64,000 nucleotides of DNA from Polyangiaceae bacterium (GTDB taxonomy: Bacteria > Myxococcota_A > Polyangia > Polyangiales > Polyangiaceae): the NCBI GenBank assembly GCA_020846005.1, contig JADLEQ010000081.1, forward strand, positions 8,783-72,782, in the 5' to 3' direction. The first letter of the stretch is position 1. Each line of letters opens with the position of its first letter. Shown piece by piece: positions 46,077 through 53,900 of the stretch. The notes under the pieces are model-generated. The model made no database searches. It was not told the DNA's origin and saw only the letters and a program-made list of their open reading frames with translations. The translations under genes and the position numbers were made by a program.

Positions 46077-47672
46077 TCAGCCGCGGGGGCGCCGCTCCCG
46101 CAGCTTCCACGCGAGGTGGGTCGCGACGGTCATGATCGAGAGCTGCGGGTTCACGCCGAGGCTCGTCGGCAAGATGCTCCCGTCGACCACGAAGAGATCC
46201 TTCACGTCCCACGCCGCGCCGTCCGGGCCGACCACGGAGGCCTTCGGGTCCACGCCCATCCGGCAGGTGCCCAGCGGGTGCTGGGAGCCGCTCTCCAGAT
46301 CCCGGCCGCGGACGCGCTCGAGGTCCAGCGTCCGCATCCGATCCGCGTCCACGCCGCCGAGCCCGAGCACGGGGAGGAAGACCTCCTCTGCACCCGCGGC
46401 GAAGAAGATCTCCGCCATGCGCCGCATCAGCACGGGCACCGCGGCCTTGTCGCGGGGCGCCATCCGGTACGTCATCGCGCGCCGGCCGAACACCTCGAAC
46501 ACGTGCCCGCCGCCCTGGTCGTGCACCATGCCCCCGAAGATCGCCAGGTGCGGGATGTCGCGCGCCCGGGCCACGTGCTCCCGCCCGACCCCGGGCATGG
46601 TCGCGGCCAGCACCCCGGGAGGCACGAACAGCCCGGTGAGCGTCACGTTGTCGGCCTCGTAGGCCTCGCTGTACGCGCTCTGGAGCGCGCCCTGCCAGCC
46701 CCGGATCGGGTCGCGGAAGCGCGCCATCACGCGGAACGCGGGGTGGACCGTCATGTTGCGACCCACCTGACCCGAGCGGCGGCCGATCCCCGAGCGCCCG
46801 AGCAAGACGGGCGAGCCGTAGGCGCCGCCGCTGACGACCGTGCGTCGCGCCCGCACGCGGAAGACACCGCCCGGCGGCCGCTCGGGGCCGCGCAGCAGGT
46901 GGCCCCAGCACCCGTCCACGCGTGCCCCGCGGACCACGAGCGACTCGACGCGGCAGTCGGACAGCACCTGTGCCCCCGCGGCGAGCGCGCGCGGGAGATA
47001 CGTCTGATCGACAGAGAGCTTCGCCTGCTCCGGGCAACCGAAATTGCAGCGGCCGCAGCCGCGACAATCGACCGTGTTTCGCCGGATGGGGTGCACCTCG
47101 ACGCCGAGGCGGCGCGCACCATCGACGAACCGCGTCGTCGAGCGCGAGCGCATCGACTCCGGCACCTCCTCCACGTGCACGGCGCGCTCCACATCCAGGT
47201 GGGCGGCATCGAGGCGCGCCTCCGTGTAGTCGTGGAGGCCCATCTCGCCGGACCACTCGCGGAGCACGCGGCCGGGGATGCGGAAGCAGACACCGCCCGT
47301 GAGCACGCTCGAGCCGCCCACCGCGCGCCCCATCATCACGTTGATCGCCGGGGTGTCACCCAGCGGGAGCGCGAACGCGAGCCCGGCGTCGATCCACAGC
47401 CGGCGCAGGCTCTCGCTCGGCCGGAGCTGCGCTTGCTCGGCCGGCGGTACGTGCTCGCCCTCCTCGACCACCACCACGCGCTCGCCGGCCTCGGCGAGGT
47501 GACACGCCACGACCGCGCCGCCGGCGCCCGAGCCGATCACCAGGGTGTCGGCCTCGAGCTCGAGATCGCCGCTCACGTCGCGGCCGTGGACGATGCCCGA
47601 GTGCAGCTCCGCCACGCGCGCCTTGCGCGCCGCCGGCTCGAGCCCCCAGAGCTCTGCCTCGGGCGCGCTCAC
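46077..47672 (-). CDS. GMC-family FAD-dependent oxidoreductase
   Basis: GTG at 47672 overlaps the upstream stop (GTGA). The FAD-binding motif is DTLVIGSGAGGAVVACHLAEAGERVVVVEEG. The C-terminal GMC signature is HPLGTCRMG...VVDGSILPTSLGVNPQLSIMTVA. Confidence 0.85.
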   Translation of the reverse strand: MSAPEAELWGLEPAARKARVAELHSGIVHGRDVSGDLELEADTLVIGSGAGGAVVACHLAEAGERVVVVEEGEHVPPAEQAQLRPSESLRRLWIDAGLAFALPLGDTPAINVMMGRAVGGSSVLTGGVCFRIPGRVLREWSGEMGLHDYTEARLDAAHLDVERAVHVEEVPESMRSRSTTRFVDGARRLGVEVHPIRRNTVDCRGCGRCNFGCPEQAKLSVDQTYLPRALAAGAQVLSDCRVESLVVRGARVDGCWGHLLRGPERPPGGVFRVRARRTVVSGGAYGSPVLLGRSGIGRRSGQVGRNMTVHPAFRVMARFRDPIRGWQGALQSAYSEAYEADNVTLTGLFVPPGVLAATMPGVGREHVARARDIPHLAIFGGMVHDQGGGHVFEVFGRRAMTYRMAPRDKAAVPVLMRRMAEIFFAAGAEEVFLPVLGLGGVDADRMRTLDLERVRGRDLESGSQHPLGTCRMGVDPKASVVGPDGAAWDVKDLFVVDGSILPTSLGVNPQLSIMTVATHLAWKLRERRPRG

Positions 47673-48292
47673 GCGACCCCCTCGGCGCCCGCGGCGGGGC
47701 CGAGCGCCGCGGGGCTGGGGAGGCCCAGACACTCGGCGTCGAACCCGACCTCGGCGGCGGCGTCCGGGTGTTCGTAGTAGAGGATGCAGAGCAGCGCCTT
47801 CACCGCGAGTACGGGGCCGCCGAGCGCGCTCGCCTCCAACGCCGCCAGCGCCCGGACTCGCTCACGAAAGGGGAGCGACGCGAGGGAGCCGAGGCGCCCG
47901 ACGAACAGCGGCGCGATCCAGACGATGACGAGCGTCGCGGCGGCCATCGTCCAGCGCATCTGCGCGCCGGCGTGCGCGAGCACGTCCTCGACCTCGGCCA
48001 CCACCCAGTCGACGCGCGCCGCTGGAGGCGGCCCCGCCGCCGTGGCGAAGATGGCCTCGGTGAGCGAGCGGAGCCGCGCCATGATCCGCGGAGACACCAC
48101 GGGGGAGCCGTCCGCGCGGCGGAGCGGGGGGCGTGGCTCGGGGGCGGCGCGAGCGAGCGCTCTCGGGGCGGTCACGGCGCGCCATGGTCCCGCGAACGCG
48201 CCGAACGCACAAGCGGGTTCCATCGAGCGGCGGGTGACGGCGCTCGCTGGCCGGGTGCCCGGCGTGAGCCCTCGCCGACCGATGCCGGCCAC
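47669..48292 (-). CDS. Small accessory protein of the GMC oxidoreductase (hypothetical)
   Basis: Translationally coupled to the GMC gene. The convincing part starts at the internal ATG at 48082 (MARLRSLTEAIFATAAG...TMAAATLVIVWIAPLFVG, one TM). The first 70 codons have lower GC3, so the start is uncertain. Confidence 0.5.
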   Translation of the reverse strand: MAGIGRRGLTPGTRPASAVTRRSMEPACAFGAFAGPWRAVTAPRALARAAPEPRPPLRRADGSPVVSPRIMARLRSLTEAIFATAAGPPPAARVDWVVAEVEDVLAHAGAQMRWTMAAATLVIVWIAPLFVGRLGSLASLPFRERVRALAALEASALGGPVLAVKALLCILYYEHPDAAAEVGFDAECLGLPSPAALGPAAGAEGVA

Positions 48293-48317
48293 CCCGTCCT
48301 CGCGGCGCGGCGCACGT

Positions 48318-49460
48318 TCACGTGCGCTCGCGTCCGATCCGGAGAAAGCTCGCGAGATCTGGGTTGCTGGCGTCGAGCTTCCAGATCCATGCGTCGAGGT
48401 AGTAGTGCGTGATCTGCGGCACGCTGAGGAGCGCGACCCAGGCGGAGAGCGCGGCGCCCTGCACGTTGGGCGTGGCGACGGAGAACAGGGAGGGCAAGTA
48501 GACGCGCCACACGACGCCGTCCCACAGCGACTCTTCCACGATGGCGACGGCGAGCAGCACCGCGTAGAACGCGAGCCAGCGTCGGCGGGCGAAGATGGCG
48601 CGCACGAGCGGTGGCGTCACCTCGGGGTGCGCATCGAAGCGATGCCGGCTCCGGTGCCACACGATGGCGAGGAACTGCGGGCCGTGGAACAGGTTGAGGA
48701 ACGCCGCGGACACGAACGGGTGGGTCGCGAGGCTGATCCCCACGACCCAGCTCACCCAGCTGCAGACCATCCACAGGCACTTGCCGACGTTGAGGCGCTC
48801 GCCCTGCGCGACGAGCTGACCCTGACGGAAGACCCAGGCCGCGGCGATGCCCGCCATCCCGAGCTGGAGGTCCCGGTGGAACGCCGGATCGATGCGGAAG
48901 ATGAACGACTCGCCAGCGTTGAACCAGTCGAACTGGCGCTGCGGCGAGGCGTGCCAGAGCAGGACGGAGCCGAGCGCGCTCGCCCAGAGCGCCCACCGAT
49001 CCAGGTAGTAGTCGAACCGCCGGTGCTCGCCAGCGCGCGCCTTGTAGAGCGCGATGAAGCCCCACTGCTGCTGGACGAAGTGGAAGATCGCGACGTACGC
49101 GAGCAGGCTCCAGAACAGGGAGGCCGAGTGGGCGTGGATGCGATACGCCACGAGGAAGCTCACGATGGGTGTGAGCAGGAGGAGGGCGCGGCGGCGCCTC
49201 ATCACCTCCCGATCGAGGTAGGTGAGGTAGATCGTCGCCCAGACGTGCGTCACGTCGAAGGCGACGACCACGAGCAGGAACGCCCAGAGCGGGAGGGCGC
49301 CCTTCGCGGAGTCGTGCAGCGTGAGCAGGGACGCGAGCGCCGCTGCGAGTGGGAGCACGAGCTGCAGCACGTCGAACCGAGCGGACACGAGCCAGCGGTC
49401 GTCGGCGGCGGGCAGCGCCGGGGGCGCGCGGGCGGCGTCGTCGTGCGTGGCGGTCGTCAT
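48318..49460 (-). CDS. Polytopic membrane protein with multiple conserved-looking His residues (possible membrane metalloenzyme)
   Basis: 380 aa with about 9-10 TM segments. The His-bearing motifs are DVTHVW, YRIHAHS, AIFHFVQQQWG, LLWH, NLFHGPQFLAIVWHRSRHRF and ITHYYLDAWIWK. It is the first gene of the minus-strand operon that ends with the methyltransferase. Confidence 0.7.
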   Translation of the reverse strand: MTTATHDDAARAPPALPAADDRWLVSARFDVLQLVLPLAAALASLLTLHDSAKGALPLWAFLLVVVAFDVTHVWATIYLTYLDREVMRRRRALLLLTPIVSFLVAYRIHAHSASLFWSLLAYVAIFHFVQQQWGFIALYKARAGEHRRFDYYLDRWALWASALGSVLLWHASPQRQFDWFNAGESFIFRIDPAFHRDLQLGMAGIAAAWVFRQGQLVAQGERLNVGKCLWMVCSWVSWVVGISLATHPFVSAAFLNLFHGPQFLAIVWHRSRHRFDAHPEVTPPLVRAIFARRRWLAFYAVLLAVAIVEESLWDGVVWRVYLPSLFSVATPNVQGAALSAWVALLSVPQITHYYLDAWIWKLDASNPDLASFLRIGRERT

Positions 49461-49727
49461 CGGGGCGGCAACGTACCGTGCCCCGAGCGCCTCCGGCCAG
49501 CCCAGGATCGACTGGCCGGAATTCGCGGCCTCGGGCGACGCTTCGACGCGCCGCGGGGGAGCTCACCGCGACGCGCCGCGAGGCCGGCGAAGCGAGCGGG
49601 GCCGGCGAAGCGTGGCATCCGGTGCCGAGAACCGCGCGACAAGTCACCCTCCGTCGACCACTCCGTCGTCGTCGCGCCCCATTCAGATGCTACTATGGGC
49701 CGGTCGTTCAGTCGGAGGGTAGCTCGT

Positions 49728-50930
49728 ATGAAGACATCCATCGTTGGGCTCCTCGGGTGCGTCCTCCCGCTGGTGACCGCGTGCAGCGCCGCGGATGACG
49801 GCGCCAAGTCCGGCGGAGGGTTCGGCGGCAGCGCGGCTGGCGGCGGCGGGGCGGGCGGGAGCGCCGGCGGCGGAGGCTCGGGCGGCACGGCCGCGACGGG
49901 CGCGGGGGGTACGGGCGGCGGGCTGGTGGTCGACTCCGGCAGCGGCGCGACCGGCGGCGGCACCGGCGCCGACGCCGCCTGCCAGGCCACGGGCGCCACC
50001 GCGCAGAGCCAGCCGGTTCCGGCGGACATCATCTGGGCCGTCGACCAGTCGGGCTCGATGGACCAAGAGGCGCAGTACGTCCAGCAGAAGATCAACGAGT
50101 TCGCGAACGCGATCACCACGAGCGGGATCGACTACCGGGTCGTGATGATCGCCTCCACGACCTCGGGCGAGAAGATCTGCGTCCCGCCGCCGCTCGCCGG
50201 TCCCGGCTGCGGGAACGGGCCGCGGTTCCGCCTCGTCGACGTGAAGGTGGACAGCGAGGACGCGCTCGACCGCATCGTCTACGAGTACCCGAAGTACTCG
50301 GACTTCCTCCGACCGAACTCAGTCAAGCACTTCGTCGTCGTGACGGACGACAACGCGCGCTCGCCCGCGCAGTTCACCTCGGCGGCGGCGTTCACCGCAG
50401 CGCTCACGGGGCTGCAGCCCCCTGGGATGTTCGCGCAGTGGATCTTCCACGGCATCTACGCCTTCGGCGTGATCCCGATCACCGGCTGCCTCGGCGTGTT
50501 CGGCAGCGGCGCCATGGCGGGCACGGTGTACGCACAGCTCATCCAGCAGACGGGCGGCGCGCAAGGGCAGATCTGCAGCGGCGACTGGACCCAGGTCTTC
50601 CAGGCGATCCAGCAGTCGGTGGTCGAGTCGGCGGTGTCGTGCGAGTACGTCATCCCGCCGCCTCCGCCCGGGGAGACGCTCGACGCCAACAAGGTGAACG
50701 TCGACTACTACCCGCAGGGGTCGGGCAGCCCGGGGAGCGTGCAGCCGGTGCTCCGCGTCAGCGGGATCGGCGATTGCAAGCCAGGCCAGGGCCTCTGGTA
50801 CTACGACGACAACGCGGCGCCGACGCGGATCCTCCTCTGCCCGCAGACCTGCGACGCGGTGCAGTCGAACCCGGCCGCGCAGATCGACGTGCTCTTCGGC
50901 TGCGAGAGCGTGTTCGCCCCGCCGGAATGA
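49728..50930 (+). CDS. Lipoprotein with a Gly-rich linker and a von Willebrand factor A-like domain
   Basis: Internal ATG of ORF 47784..50930 gives MKTSIVGLLGCVLPLVTACSA (lipobox). The linker is GGSAAGGGGAGGSAGGGGSGG. The MIDAS-like DxSxS motif is IIWAVDQSGSMDQEAQYV, with VVVTDDNA downstream. Confidence 0.7.
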   Translation: MKTSIVGLLGCVLPLVTACSAADDGAKSGGGFGGSAAGGGGAGGSAGGGGSGGTAATGAGGTGGGLVVDSGSGATGGGTGADAACQATGATAQSQPVPADIIWAVDQSGSMDQEAQYVQQKINEFANAITTSGIDYRVVMIASTTSGEKICVPPPLAGPGCGNGPRFRLVDVKVDSEDALDRIVYEYPKYSDFLRPNSVKHFVVVTDDNARSPAQFTSAAAFTAALTGLQPPGMFAQWIFHGIYAFGVIPITGCLGVFGSGAMAGTVYAQLIQQTGGAQGQICSGDWTQVFQAIQQSVVESAVSCEYVIPPPPPGETLDANKVNVDYYPQGSGSPGSVQPVLRVSGIGDCKPGQGLWYYDDNAAPTRILLCPQTCDAVQSNPAAQIDVLFGCESVFAPPE

Positions 50931-50990
50931 CGCCCGCCGCTCCGTAGGAGCGGCGCGGGGAGCAGGCGACGCCGCTCCCCGCCGAGCCGC

Positions 50991-53900
50991 TCAGGCGGCC
51001 CGGCGCCGACGCGCGGCGCCGAGGCCCGCCGCGAGCGCGAGCACGAGGAGCGCGCCGGCCGACGAACGGGGCGCGCCCGGCACCCTGCACGAGCAGCCCT
51101 GCTTCTCCGGGACGAAGATCTGGCTCGGGTCGATGGAGCCGTCGGTCGTACCGCCGTCCGCCGCGCCGGTGCCGCCCGTCCCGGAGGAGCCGGCGCTGCC
51201 GGAGGCGCCAGACGAACCGGCGCTCCCCGCGGCGCCCGAGGCGCCGCCGGTGCCGCCGCTCGCGCCCGTGCCCGCCGCGCCCGACGTGCCCGCCGCGCCC
51301 GAGGCGCCCGCCGCGCCCGCGCCCCCTTCGGTGCCGCCGTCCGCTATCGGCACGCACGACCCGCCGACGCACTGGCCGCCGGTGCACGGCGTGCCGTCCG
51401 TCACCGCGGCGCCCGCGCCGCATGCGCCGGTCGTCGCCTCGCACACGCCAGGGTCGTGGCACTCGTCCGACGCGACGCATGTCGTGCCGGCTCCCTCACA
51501 CACGTCCGCGTTGCAGGCGTCGCCCTGGGTGCACGGATTCGCGTCGTCGCACGACGCGCCGTTGTCCGGCGTGCGCGTGCAGCCCGTGATCGGATCGCAG
51601 GCGTCCACCGTGCACGGGTTCGTGTCGGCGCAGTCCGGGGCGTCTCCGCCCAGGCACACGCCACTCGCGCACGAGTCGACCAGCGTGCATGCGTTGCCGT
51701 CGCTGCACGCCGTGCCGTTCGTCAGAGGTGTGTTCGTGCAGGTCTGCGAGGCCGGGATGCAGCCGTCGACCGTGCACGGGTTGTTGTCGTTGCAGTCGAG
51801 CCCGCTCGTGAGGGTGCAGACGCCGGCCACACAGTTGTCCCCGCTCGAGCACGGGTTGCCGTCGTCACAGACCGCGCCGTCGATGACCGCGACGAACGCG
51901 CAGCCGGTGGTCGGATCGCAGGAGTCCGTGGTGCACGGGTTCTGGTCGTCGCAGGTCGTCACGTCGGAGCCGACGCACGCGCCCGCCACGCACGCGTCCG
52001 TCCGGGTGCACACGGACGAGTCGTTGCAGCCCGTGCCGTCCGCTGAGTTCGTGTACTCGCAGCCGCTCACGCTGTTGCACGAGTCCTGGGTGCACGGGTT
52101 CAGGTCGTCGCAGCTCAGGTCGGGCGCGTCCTCGCAGACGCCGTTCTGGCACGTCTCGCCACCGTTGCACGCGTTGCCATCGCTGCAGGAGCTCCCGTTC
52201 GCGCGTGGCGTGCTCGTGCACTGGCCGTTCAGCGTGTTGCAGGAGTCGATCGTGCAGGGGTTCGTGTCGTTGCAGTCCACCGCGGTGCCCGGCTCGCAGG
52301 CGCCGGCGGCGTTGCAGAGCTCGAGGCCGTTGCACGCGTTGCCGTCGCTGCACTCCGTGCCGCTCCCGACCGGGACGTTGGTGCATCCCGTCGTGGGGCT
52401 GCACGAGTCGGCGGTGCAGGGGTTGCCGTCGTCGCAGTTCAAGCCCAAGCCCGCCTGGCAGACGCCGGCGCCGTTGCACGCCTCCGCGCCGTTGCACAGG
52501 TTGCCGTCGCTGCACGACGCGCCCGCGGCCAGCGGGGTGTTCGCGCACCCCGAGCCAGACGAGCAGGTGTCGACGGTGCACGGGTTCGAGTCGTCGCAGT
52601 TCGGGCCGCCGCTGCCGGCGCAGACGCCCGCAGTGCACTGGTCGTTCGAGCTGCAGGCGTTGCCGTCATTGCACGAGGTGCCGTTCGCGACCGGCGTGTA
52701 GACGCAGCCGGAGCCCGGGGCGCACGAGTCCGTGGTGCAGGGCTCGGCGTCGTCGCAGGTGAGGGCCGTCCCGGGCTGGCAGCTCCCCGAGGCGTTGCAG
52801 GTCTCGGCGCCGTTGCACGCGTCCGAGTCCGCGCACGGCGTCCCGGCCGCCTTGTAGCCGTTGGCCGGGCAGTCGAGCAGGGTGCCGTTGCACGCCTCGG
52901 CGACGTCGCACGCGCCGGCGGCGGCGCGGCACGGCGTGCCGGCGGGCTCGGCGGGGTGCGCGCACGTCGCCGAGGTGCCGTTGCACTCGTCGCTCGAGCA
53001 CGTCTTGCCGTCGTCGGTGCACGGCGTCCCTGCGGCCTTGAAGGCGTTGGTGGGGCAGGCGAGCGCGGTGCCGTCGCACGACTCCGCCACGTCGCACTCG
53101 CCGGCGACCGGGCGGCAGGGAGTGCCCGCCGTCACTGGCGGGTGGCCGCAGGCCTTCGCGCTGCCGTCGCACTCGTCGCGCGAGCACCCCTGGCCGTCGT
53201 CTGGGCACGCGGTCCCCGCGGTGGCGACCGCGTCGGAGGGGCACGTGGTGGCGGTGCCGCTGCACGTCTCGGCGAGGTCGCAGTCCCCGCTCTTGGCGCG
53301 GCACGTCGTGCCCGACGGGAGCCTCGTGCAGAAGCCGACGTTCCCGCTCACGTTGCACGCCTGGCAGTCGGTCGTGCCGCCTGCGCAGGCCGTGTTGCAG
53401 CAGACGCCGTCGACGCAGGTGCCGCAGGAGCACTGGGAGGTCGCGGTGCAGGAGTCCCCGAGCGCCGCGAGCCGGCTGACGTACCGTGACTTCACGCGGA
53501 GCGCCTGGATGTCGGGGGTCGCGTCGAAGCCGAGGTACGTGAGCAGGAACTGGCTCCGGTTGTCCGCGACGAGATCGTAGGGGAACTCGTTCCCCTGGTC
53601 ACTGACGAGCGCGCCCAGATCCTGCACCGCCCCGGTGGACGCCGTGATCCAGGCGCCCCACACGTCGACACGGTCCCAGCCGTTGCGCCGGTCCGCCCAC
53701 ACGACGCCGTAGCGGCAGCCGTCGTACGCGACGGCCGCAGAGTCGGTGTTCCCACCGGTGCCCGCCACGACCTCGATCTGGGAGCCGACCACCGCGTTGG
53801 CGGCGCTGACGCGGCGCGCGAGCACGGAGGTGCCCGTGTCCCAGGCGACGAGGAATTCCGTACCGTTCGACGCCACGTCCGGCGAGTACCCGGCCGTCGC

